The notes under the pieces are model-generated. The model made no database searches and was not told where the DNA came from. It was given only the letters and a program-made list of their open reading frames with translations. A DNA stretch of 64,000 bases from Squalus acanthias (taxonomy: Eukaryota): assembly GCA_030390025.1 (NCBI GenBank), contig JASTWF010000327.1:310001-374000 (forward strand), given 5' to 3'. Position numbers and translations under genes: made by a program. Positions 49,865-61,170 of this stretch are shown here, one piece after another. Each line of letters opens with the position of its first letter. The first letter of the stretch is position 1.

Positions 49865-51390
49865 AAATACCAGATGGCTTGCATCCCAGGTTGCTAAGGG
49901 AATTGGGGAAGGAGATAGCAGAAGAGCTTGCCATAATTTTCCAATCTTCCCCAGTGGCAAATGTGACACCATTGTTGAAGAAAGGGTGTGAGGAAAATCC
50001 TAGTAACTACAGGCCGGTCAGTTTAACATCAGTGGTCGGTAAAGTTTTAGAAACAATAATCAAGGAAAAAAATTAACGGGCATTTGGAGAGGTTTAAGCT
50101 AATGAAGAAGAGCCAACACGGGTTTGTAAAAGGCAGACCGTGTTTGACTAATCTAATTGAATTTTTTGATGAAGTAACAGGGAGGATTAATGTAGGGAAT
50201 GCAATGGATGTTGTCTACATGGATTTTCGGAAGGCGTTTGACAAAGCACCACATAGAAGGATTGTTAACAAAATTGAGGCTCATGGAATAGGTGGGTCAG
50301 TGGCAGCTTGGATAAGGAATTGGCTTAAGGACAGAAAACAGCGAGTTGTGGTAAATGGCTGTTTTTCAGACTGGAGGATGGTGGACAGTGGTGTTCCCCA
50401 AGGGTCAGTGCTGGGGCCACTGCTTTTTTTGATATATATATAAATGACCTGGATATTGGAATACAGAGTAGAATTTCTAAATTTGCCAATGACACCAAAC
50501 TTGGGGGTGTGGCAAACAGTGATGATGATATCAATCGACTGCAACAGGACATAGAAAGGCTAGCAGAATGGGCAGACAAGTGGCAGATGGAATTTAATAC
50601 AGAGAAGTGTGAGGTGATGTATTTTGGCAGAAGGAACAGGGAGAGGCAATATACACTTAATGGCACAGTTTTAAAGAGTGTGCAGGGACAGCGGGACCTG
50701 GGAGTTAATGTGCATAGGTCCCTGAAGGTGGCAGGACATATTGAAAGAGTGGTTAACAAAGCATATGGGATCTTGGGCTTCATAAATAGAGGTATTGAGT
50801 ACAAAAGTAGAGAAGTTATGCTGAACCTTTATAAAGCGCTGGTTAGGCCACAACTGGAGTATTACGTCCAGTTCTGGTCACCACACTTTCGGAAGGATGT
50901 GAAGGCCCTTGAGATGGTGCAGAGGAGATTTACCAGAATGGTTCTGGGGATGGGGGATCTTAGTTACAAGGACAGGTTGGAGAAGCTGGATTTGTTTTCA
51001 TTAGAGCAAAGGAGGTTGAGGGGTGATTTGATAAAGGTGTACAAGATTATGATGTGTTTGGATAGGCTAGACGGGGAAAGGCTGTTCCCACTAGTTGATG
51101 GTACAAGGACTAAGGAGCACAGATTTAAGGTTTTGGGCAAGAGATACAGGGGGTATGTGAGGAAAAACTTTTTACGCAGCGAGTGGTGAGGACCTGGAAT
51201 TCGCTGCAGACGGAAGTGGTGGAAGCGGAGACACTTAATGTTTTCAAGGGGAGACTGGATAGGCACTTGAGGGAAATAAACTTGCAGGGCTACAGGGATA
51301 GAGCGGGGGAATGGGACTGACTGCATTGCTGTACAGAGAGCCGGCACGGACTCGATGGGCCGGATGGCCTCCTCTGCGCCGTCATGACTG
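49865..51390 (+). mobile_element. 5'-truncated degenerate CR1
   Basis: ORFs starting at 49849, 50084 and 50509. Confidence 0.93.
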
Positions 51391-51393
51391 TAT

Positions 51394-51926
51394 AAAGGTG
51401 CTGACTCTGGATGGGTTCAGTTCTACACTCAGTGGTTCCCCTCCCTCTCCTCCCCTGAAGGTGCTGACTCTGGCTGGGTTCAGTTCTACACTCACTGGTT
51501 CCTCTCCCCTGAAGGTGCTGACTCTGGCTGGGCTCAGTTCCACACTCACTGGTTCCCCTCCCTCTCCTCCCCTGAAGGTGCTGACTCTGGCTGGGTTCAA
51601 TTCTACACTCACTGGTTCCCCTCCCTCTCCTCCCCTGAAGGTGCTGACTCTGGCTGGGTTCAGTTCTGCACTCACTGGTTCCCCTCCCTCTCCTCCCCTG
51701 AAGGTGCTGACTCTGGCTGAGGTCAGTTCTACACTCACTGGTTCCCCTCCCTCTCCTCCCCTGAAGGTGCTGACTCTGGCTGGGTTCAGTTCTACACTCA
51801 CTGGTTCCCCACCCTCTCCTCCCCTGAAGGTGCTGACTCTGGCTGGGTTCAGTTCTACACTCACTGGTTCCCCTCCCTCTCCTCCCCTGAAGGTGCTGAC
51901 TCTGGCTGGGTTCAGTTCACTCACTG
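51394..51926. repeat. 63-bp minisatellite
   Basis: About 8.5 copies. Confidence 0.95.
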
Positions 51927-51933
51927 GGACCCT

Positions 51934-52415
51934 GAAGCCCCGCCCACTCGTGGTTCCTTTTTTCCAGTTCTGCCGAAAGGTCATCGACCTGAAACGTTAA
52001 TTCTGTTTCTCTCTTCACAGATACTGCCTGACCTGCTGAGTATCTCCAGCATTTTGTTTTTATTCCTTTACAAAGATGGCCGCGCATGCGCAGTATCACG
52101 CAAGATGGCGACGCACAAACCCTCAGCTGTCCTTTACAAAGATGGCGGCCGTTAACCTGGGCCTTTTCCTGGGAAAAAGCCTCCGAGCTGGAAACGCGGA
52201 ACCTGTAGGTTCTCATTTAGGGCTTGCGGCCTACACCAGATGTTTATGAAATCCACCCGCCGGGTGCATTACCTTCCTGCGCCCCGCTGATTCGTAATCG
52301 GCGTAAATCGCGATACAGCTTTTCTCCGCTTCTCGCCCTCGCCGGCCCGGATCACAATGACACTGCGCGTGCTCCAAATACAGGCGGGCGCTGCGCATGC
52401 GCACTGGACTCCTCC
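51934..52415. promoter_or_regulatory. CpG-island promoter-like region, duplicate of 42745-43225
   Basis: GC box, YY1-like sites, perfect GCGCATGCGC motifs. Confidence 0.6.
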
Positions 52416-55309
52416 TGTGTGAATGGGGCACATTCCACAGACAGAGCAGTGAATGGATTCTCCCCCTTACCAATATGTTAGGGTGGGAATCGATGAGATG
52501 AGTGAGTGACTCTCTATCCACACTCAGCTGGTGAACAGCCTCTCCCCGGTGTGACTGTATCCATGAGTTTGCACCTCAGACGGGCAACTGAACCCGTCCC
52601 CACATTTACACTGTTGATTCAGGTGGGTGCACGAGTCTCACAGACCAGACGATTTGTTAAAAGTGGAGCCAGGCACAGAACACGTGTCCTGTTTCTCCCC
52701 ACTGTGATTGGTGCTTTTTCCTCCTATAGCCAAAGGCCGATGATATTCAGGTCCTGATAAATCCGGTGAATCTGTCAGATCTTGACGCAATGTTTGGATT
52801 CAGTTTCCATCTGCAGATCCTCCCCTTCTAATACCCTCAACTGGTGTTTACAACAGGATAGAACTTCAGAACAGACAAATCTAGTTTCTATACAACATTC
52901 CTTCCCCCTCATGTCCCTCCTAAGCTGTAAATTCCCCATTCTACACACTCTCCCTCCATCCTTACTGTCTAAAAACAACATTCATTACATCATGTGGGAT
53001 TTTGTGTCTCCCCTTCTCTCCAGAAGGAACTGAATCTGGCTGGATGCAATTTGTTAACCTCTACATTTTGGTAGGAAGAACGAGGAGAGGCAATATATAC
53101 TAAAGGGTACAATTCTATAGGGGGTGCCTGAACAGAGAGACCTGGGGGTATATGTGCACAAATCGTTGAAGGTGGCAGGGCAGGTTGAGAAAGCGGTTAA
53201 AAAAGCATATGGGATCCTGGGCTTCATAAATAGAGGCATAGAGTACAAAAGCAAGGAAGTTATGATGAAATTTTATAAAACACTGGTCCGACCTCTCTGG
53301 AGTTTAGAAGAATGAGAGGTGATCTCATTGAAACATACAAGATTCTGAAGGGGATTGACAGGGTAGATGCTGAGAGGTTATTTCCCCTGGCTGGAGTGTC
53401 CATAACTAGGGGGCATAGTCTCAGGATAGGGGTAGGTATTAAGACCGAGAGGAGGAAGAATTTCTTCACTCAGAGGGTTGTGAATCTTTGGAATTCTCTG
53501 CCCCAGAGGGCTGTGAATGCTGAGTCTTTGAGTATATTCAAGGCTGAGATAGATAGATTTTTGGATTCTAGGGAAATCAATTGCTTTTTGTACCAGCATG
53601 CTAACTCTCTGTGATTTGTGTTCGAGGAAACCCAAATCCCTCTGAACAACAACATTTCATAATTTCTCACCATTTAAAAAATATTCTGTTTTTCTATTCT
53701 TCCTACCAAAGTGAATAATTTCACATTTCTCCACATTATACTCCATCTGCCACCTTCTTGCCCACCTCTTAACCTGTCTATATCCCTTTGCAGACTCTTT
53801 GTGTCCTGCTGTTGGGTGGCTGCTCATTATCCTCGGTGTGATTTAATCCCCTTTCCCACTGAATACTGCGGACAGACAGGCTCACCTTGGGAACGGAATG
53901 GTCAGTGTGACATCACTTTCTAAACAAGAGCCCACAAGACAATGGGTTCTCAATAAATGTTAAAGGGATTCAACGCTCTGAAGTTACACTGTGAATAAAG
54001 GAAATAAAATGCTGTTCAATAATGGCTGAAGATAATGATTTCTCTCTGTGGAATGTGCTTGCACACATTAAGAATGATGAGCTTTGTACACACACACAGC
54101 AAACACTTTGTGAGGCTCTTTTCAGTTGTTGCTCTGAACCCGCTGAGCGCTGGTGAACCCGGTGGGCATTAGGACCCTGCGGCCGCCCATCCAGCAGTGC
54201 TGTGAGGTCACGGTTCCAGGCTCTGTCTCACCCAATCAGTGGGTCCCGCCAAAGCTCAATAGAAAATACTGCAGCAAAAACAATCCTGAACATTCACAAA
54301 CTGGGAGCAATCGGCACAGCACAACACAAGTGTGAATTAGAAAACTTTAACACACAGAGTCTGTCACTAATTAGTACAAAGTACAGGGCACTATTGCTCA
54401 CCTTCAGTCCTGTCCCTCAATCCCAGCTCATCTCTGGGGGATTGTTACAAGGTTCACCCCGTCCTTTCAACACAGATATTACCCACATAATCCCACATCA
54501 ATTAGACATTGCACACAGTTTCTGACAGTTATTAACAAAACTAGACCGATGCTTCAAACCAATAAATAAATAAATCATCCCATCTCATCCCGCTGGATAA
54601 AACCTCAGACGGTTCCTCAGTAAGGATTGCACTGGTTCCTCACTGTATATGTGTCAGGATACTGAAACCCAGCTTTCTCACAGTCCACTCCTGGAGGCCC
54701 CACTCCCTGAGCCTACAACCTTCAGCAGGGTCAGTGCTGGAGTTCCACAGCGGGAGTGATCCCAGAGTAACTGTCGGGATCGCACCCCGTGGATGTTTTG
54801 GGTCGTGTATTTTTAGTTATCCTGGTGTCTAACACGCACACATCAATAAAACAGGGAATTCCTGGAAACACGCTGCAGGTCCTTCTTTATCTGGAGATCA
54901 AATGTCTGTTGTATAATTGTACCAGCAGTTAACAGGCTCCTGTGAACTCCTCCCTCTGCTATTTTAATGCAGACTTCAACCAATTTATTTTAAACGGGTT
55001 TATTTTAAATGAGTTAACGCCAGCCTTAAAATGGTAGACTCAGGACTGTCTCACACACACATACTGAATCTTCGTGGAATAATTACCAGTCATTTTTAGA
55101 CTGGAAACTTAACCCTGCCGTTTCACTTTCAGTCAGGAACAGATCGCAGTTTGACACCAATCTCTGATTTGACAGCACGTTTCCAGCATTCACCGTTGTT
55201 CTTCCTGACTCTAAACATAGTTGTAAAGGAGCCTTCTGTTCCGTGCACAGGAGCTCTGACCAATGGAAGGGAGTGGCTGGGACACATTCCTTATCAGCCT
55301 CAAGATTAA

Positions 55310-56203
55310 AGGGATATAGGTCTGCAAAGGGATATAGATAGACTAAGTGAGTGGGCAGTAAGGTGGCAGATGGAGTATAATGTAGGGAAATGTGAGGTTA
55401 TTCACTTTGGTAGGAAGAATAGAAAAACAGAATATTTTTTAAATGGTGAGAAACTTTCAAATGTTGGTGTTCAGAGAGATTTGGGTGTCCTCGTGCAAGA
55501 AACACAGAAAGCTAGCATGCAGGTACAGCAAGCAATAAGGAAGGCAAATGGCATGTTGGCCTTGAAAGCAAGGGGGTTGGAGTACAAGAGTAAGGAAGTC
55601 TTGCTACAATTGTACAAGACCTTGTAAGACCACACCTGGAGTACTGTGCACAGTTTTGGTCTCCTTATCTAAGGAAGGATATACATGCCTTGGAGGCGGT
55701 GCAATGAAGGTTCACGAGATTGATTCCTGGGATGTGAGGGCTGTCCTATGATGAGAGATTGTGTAGAATGGGCCCATACTCTCTGGAGTTTAGAAGAATG
55801 AAAGGTGATCTCATTGAAACATACAAGATTTGAAGGGGATTTACAGGGTAGATGCTGAGAGGTTGTTTCCCCTGGCTGGAGTGTCTAGAACTAGGGGGCA
55901 TAGTCTCAGGATAAGGGGTCGGCCATTTAAGACTGAGATGAGGAGGAATTTCTTCACTCAGAGTGTTGTGAATCTTTGGAATTCTCTGCCCCAGAGGGCT
56001 GTGAATGTTCAGTCTTTGAGTATATTCAAGGCTGAGACAGATAGATTTTTGGACTCTAGGGGAATCAAGGGATATGGAGATCGGGCGGGAAAGTGGAGTT
56101 GAGGTCGATGATCAGCCATGATCTTATTGAATAGCGGAGCAGGCTCGAGGGGCCGTGTGACCTACTCCTGCTCCTAATTCTTATGATCTTTTCTTATGTT
56201 CTT
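55310..56203 (+). mobile_element. 5'-truncated degenerate CR1
   Basis: MEYNVGKCEVIHFG...; several stop codons. Confidence 0.92.
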
Positions 56204-56575
56204 AATCTGCCCGGCAACTTTACTTTCAGTGAAGAGAGACGAGAAAGACCAAAGTGCCGTTTGCCCCTCTCAGTGTGGCCCTGAAGGACTGTGTCCAGGC
56301 TGAAGTTCTGTTCCCGCCGTACGATCCTCTCCCAGATTGTCCTTTCTGAGCTCCAGCCAGGTGATGCTAAACACTCAGGTGGGAATGACAAAAATCCACA
56401 ACAATGTGTTTAAAGCAAAGCTGATTTATTTGATATATATCCAGAATATTAAACTCCAGCCCAGTTACAGGGGTTATTAACATCAGCAGAAACAAACCCC
56501 AGCTGTCAGTGTGAACACGATTCAGTTCAGGATGTGATTAACAGCAGCAATAACAGCAGAATCCAACCCCTGCAG

Positions 56576-58117
56576 TCACTTGTGAACTCGCTGGTGTTTC
56601 AGTAGGTCGGATGACTGAGTGAATCCCTTCCCACACTCAGAGCAGGTGAACGGCCTCTCCCCAGTGTGAACTCGCTGGTGTCTCAGCAGGTGGGATGACT
56701 GAGTGAATCCCTTCCCACACTCAGAGCAGGTGAACGGCCTCTCCCCAGTGTGAACTCGCTGGTGTGTCAGCAGGCTGGATGACTCAGTGAATCCCTTTCC
56801 ACACTCAGAGCAAGTGAACGGCCTCTCCCCGGTGTGAGTGCGCTGGTGTGTCAGCAGGTGGGATGACTGAGTGAATCCCTTCCCACACTCAGAGCAGGTG
56901 AACGGCCTCTCCCCAGTGTGAACTCGCTGGTGTGTCAGCAGGCTGGATGACTCAGTGAACCCCTTTCCACACTCAGAGCAAGTGAACGGCCTCTCCCCAG
57001 TGTGAGTGCGCTGGTGTACAGTGAGGTGAGATGATCTCCTGAACCCAGTTCCGCAGTGAGAGCACCCGAATGGTCTCTCGTCAGTGTGAACACGTTGATG
57101 ACACATCAGTTCCCCGGAACTTTTACAGCACTTTCCACAGTCCGGGCATTTAAAAGGTCTCTCGTCAGTGTGAACTCGCTGGTGTTTCAGAAGGTCAGAT
57201 GAACGAGGGAATCCCTTCCCACACTCAGAGCAAGTGAACGGCCTCTCCCCAGTGTGAACTTGCTGGTGTGTCAGCAGGGTGGATGACTCAGTGAATCCCT
57301 TCCCACACTCAGAGCAGGTGAACGGCCTCTCCCCAGTGTGAACTCGCTGGTGTTTCAGCAGGCCGGATGACTGAGTGAATCCCTTTCCACACTCAGAGCA
57401 GGTGAACGGCCTCTCTCCAGTGTGAACTCGCTGGTGTGTCAACAGGCCGGATGACTGAGTGAATCCCTTTCCACACTCAGAGCAAGTGAACGGCCTCTCC
57501 CTGGTGTGAGTGCGCTGGTGTTTCAGCAGGTTGGATGAACACGTGAATCCCTTTCCACACTCGGAGCAGGTGAATGGCCTCTCCCCGGTGTGAACTCGCT
57601 GGTGTGTCAGCAGGCTAGATGACCGAGCGAACCCCTTCCCACACTCGGAGCAGGTGAACGGTCTCTCCCCAGTGTGAACTCGCTGGTGTGTCAGCAGGTG
57701 GGTTGACTGAGTGAATCCCTTCCCACACTCAGAGCAGGTGAACGGCCTCTCCCCAGAGTGAACTCGCTGGTGATGCAGCAGGTGGGATGACTGAGTGAAT
57801 CCCTTCCCACACTCAGAGCAGGTGAACAGTCTCCCCTCGGTGTGAAGTCGCTGGTGCGTCAGCAGGGTGGATGAACGAGTGAATCCCTTCCCACACTCAG
57901 AGCAGGTGAACGGCCTCTCCCTGGTGTGAACTCGCCAGTGCTGCAGCAGATTGTATGACTGAGTGAATCCCTTCCCACACTCAGAGCAGGTGAATGGCCT
58001 CTTCCCGGTGTGACTGCGCTTGTGTCTCGACAGGCAATAGGATCGGCTGAAGCCTCGTCCACACACAGAACACGTGTACGGTTTCTCCCCGCTCTGAACG
58101 GTGCTTTCTGCTTCCAT
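56576..58117 (-). CDS. C2H2 zinc-finger protein, 18 fingers, intact
   Basis: [14 protein letters not shown] ... HQRVHK-stop; acceptor at ~58213; AATAAA at ~56427. Confidence 0.9.
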   Translation of the reverse strand: MEAESTVQSGEKPYTCSVCGRGFSRSYCLSRHKRSHTGKRPFTCSECGKGFTQSYNLLQHWRVHTRERPFTCSECGKGFTRSSTLLTHQRLHTEGRLFTCSECGKGFTQSSHLLHHQRVHSGERPFTCSECGKGFTQSTHLLTHQRVHTGERPFTCSECGKGFARSSSLLTHQRVHTGERPFTCSECGKGFTCSSNLLKHQRTHTRERPFTCSECGKGFTQSSGLLTHQRVHTGERPFTCSECGKGFTQSSGLLKHQRVHTGERPFTCSECGKGFTESSTLLTHQQVHTGERPFTCSECGKGFPRSSDLLKHQRVHTDERPFKCPDCGKCCKSSGELMCHQRVHTDERPFGCSHCGTGFRRSSHLTVHQRTHTGERPFTCSECGKGFTESSSLLTHQRVHTGERPFTCSECGKGFTQSSHLLTHQRTHTGERPFTCSECGKGFTESSSLLTHQRVHTGERPFTCSECGKGFTQSSHLLRHQRVHTGERPFTCSECGKGFTQSSDLLKHQRVHK

Positions 58118-59269
58118 GCTCAAAGGTCCTGATGAATCGAGTGACTCTGTCAGATCTTGAAGTGATGTTTGGTTTGAGTTTCCCGTCTGCAAATCCTCCC
58201 CTTCTAATACCCTGCAAAATGAATTTGAAACAGGAAAAAGGGAGGGTGAGAGAGAACCCACAAAAACACAAAGGCAGGTCGTGAAATTGAGCTGAATGAA
58301 TCTGGGAATTTGTGGGGCCGGCACTTGAAAAAAGTGACCATGAAAGCAGCCGGATTGTCGTAAAAACCCAACTGGTTCACTAATGTCCTTCAGGGAAGGG
58401 AACCCGCCACCTGGTCTGGGCCTACACAAGACTCTGGCCTCTATGGGAGGAGAGAGAGCGAGGTGGGAGGTGGAGCAGTGAAGGAGTTACTTTATACATC
58501 TGCAACTCGACTAGAACTTTGACAGCACCTCCCAAACACGCGACCTCCACCACCTAGAAGGACAAGGGCAGCAGGTGCATGGGAACACCATCACCTCCCA
58601 GTTCCCCTCCAAGTCACACACTATCCTGACTTGGGCATATATCGCCGTTCCTACATCGTCGCTGGTGAAAATCCTGGAACTCCTCACCTAACAGCATTCT
58701 GAGAGTACCTTCACCACACGGACTGCAGAGGTTCAAGAAGAAGGCCCAGTATCACCTTCTCAACGGGCAACTGGGGACTGGCAATATATGCTGGCCTTGC
58801 TAGTGACACCCACATCGAATGAATTTAAAAAATCTGTATATATAAAATGGATTGAAAGCCTCTACAGAAATACTTGTTCCTAAAATGATAATCTTTCACA
58901 CTGTATGGACAATGTCTGTTTAGCACCTTAATCTCCCCTGCAATCCACCTCCCTTCACAGTCCCACATTGGAAATTGTTGGGTCCCACTGGGCTCAGAAG
59001 TACTGGGGGTTAAACCCAGCAGCTTCTCCCTCCTCTCCACTCCAGCTCAAACTGATGCAACAAGAAAGCCCTACACAGGAGGCCAGGGACCGACAGCCAC
59101 CGCCCACCCTGATGCTAACTGGCTCTGAATTGCTCCCTCTGCTGTATAAATGCAAGTTGTTGTGTTTCTTGTCTGGGGGAGGTGCTGCACCCTGGGGTTA
59201 ATGGTGCCGGGGCCCTGGCCGCACGTCCGCCGGCTCTGACTCGGGGCCTGAGACCCACACTCGGTGTTG

Positions 59270-59950
59270 CTGAGGGATTCCAATCCTGGGACTGTACATG
59301 GTGATTCTAACCCTGGGACTGTACATGGGGATTCTAACCCTGGGACTGTACATGGGGATTCTAACCCTGGGACTGTACATGGGGATTCCAACCCTGGGAC
59401 TGTACATGGGGATTCTAACCCTGGGACTGTACATGGGGATTCTTACCCTGGGACTGTACATGGGATTCTACCCTGGGACTGTACATGGGGATTCTAACCC
59501 TGGGTCTGTACATGGGGATTCTAACCCTGGGACTGTACATGGGGATTCCAACCCTGGACTGTACATGGGGATTCTAACCTGGGACTGTACATGGGGATTC
59601 TAACCCTGGGGTCTGTACATGGGGATTCTAACCCTGGACTGTACATGGGGATTCCAACCCTGGGACTGTACATGGGGATTCTAACCCTGGGACTGTACAT
59701 GGGGATTCAACCCCTGGGACTGTACATGGGGATTCTCAACCCTGAGACCTGTACATGGGGATTCCAACCCTGGGACTGTACATGGGATTCTAACCCTGGA
59801 CTGACCATGAGGGATCTAGGATTCTAACCCTGGGACTGTACATGGGGATTCTAACCCTGGGACTGTACATGGGGATTCTAACCCTGGGACTGTACATGGG
59901 GATTCCAACCCTGGGACTGTACATGGGGATTCCAACCCTGGGACTGTACA
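59270..59950. repeat. 27-bp minisatellite, ~25 copies, indel-rich centre
   Basis: Same unit. Confidence 0.95.
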
Positions 59951-60099
59951 AGGGGGGCCCAGCTCTGGGGCTCTTCTGTTACAATTGTGTGGAATGTTAA
60001 CCGTATGCTCTGCTTTTACCAGCGCCTTCAGGAGAGATGGTGAGAAATCCGAAGTGTGGAGCGTCTGAATCAAACAACTGAGTTAATGTAATTTCCCGG

Positions 60100-60520
60100 G
60101 CACTAGGACCCGGTTCGGAACAGACACTGAAGCCCCGCCCACTCCTTGTTCCTCACGAAGATGACCGCGCATGCGCTTTGCTACTCACTGAATCAAGATG
60201 GCGGCTGTTATGCTGGGCCTATGACCGGAAGAAGCCCCGAAGCTGCAAATGCAGGAGCTTCAGGTTATTATTCGGGGCTTCCGGCCTCCACCAGTTGTTT
60301 ATGCAGCCTCCCCGCACATCCGCCTGTCCATTAGTCCGCGACGTCCGCCCTCTTCTTAGTTATTAACCGGAACTGCTCTGTGTCATTGCTTTAGCGCTCT
60401 CTCCCAATTACACACACCGCGCATGCTCCAAACTAGGCGGTCCTGCGCCTGCGCACTGGGCTCCTGTAGTCTGGGTGCGGCACCTTCTCCCCCGCGGGGA
60501 ATGCTGGGTAGATTCCCCGC
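60100..60520. promoter_or_regulatory. CpG-island promoter-like region, diverged relative of 42745
   Basis: GCCCCGCCC, GCGCATGCGC, CAAGATGGCGGC (YY1), CCGGAAG (ETS), TGCGCCTGCGCA. Confidence 0.6.
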
Positions 60521-61170
60521 CATTGAAAGGCCCCATTGGTGAATAGATCAACATTTACCAGGATTGCATTGCGCACTGAACCATGTTCATGCCCAGCCCG
60601 CCCTAATGACAAAATCGAAGCCCAGGCTGCAAGATTCTCAGTTCAGTTTGGTGCTGTGTGAACGGGTGAGCTCCACACCCCGGCTGCTCGCGGGGAATGC
60701 CGGTGCGGAGGGCCCGGTGCAGAAGGCCCAGGGAGGAAAGGCTGTGTGATTTTTAACTCGGCGCTGTGTGAACGGGCTGCTCCACACCCCGGCTGCTCGC
60801 GGGGAATGCAGGTGCGGAGGGCCCGGTGCAGAAGGCCCAAGGTGGAAGACCCGGAGGAGAGTGGCCTGGGCAGGAGGCCCAGCGCGGAGAACCCCAGGTG
60901 GGGGGCCCAGGGCGGGGCGGCTATTCGGTGGAGGTGGAGTCGGGAGATGCTGTGGGTGAGCATTGCTGCACTGGTTCTGAAAGTTGCGGAATGGTTTCGG
61001 GCCTGAATGAGTTCCAGCGGCCCAGCATCTGCTTTGTCTGGCGGCAGCTGTGATGCTTTTTCTTGGTCATGGGACCGGTTTATGCGTCGCCATATTGGTG
61101 AAGGAAAGACAAACTGTTTCCATCTGTAATGGGGCGTGTGAGCGGTCACAAGATGGAAAATGTGAATGGT

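Noticed and set aside
46859..58117. PRDM9 or named ZNF orthologues
   Set aside because: No SET/KRAB/SSXRD exons seen; finger similarity alone does not support a gene symbol
60643..61149. 168-aa minus-strand ORF
   Set aside because: Non-ATG start, GC-rich, no recognisable domain
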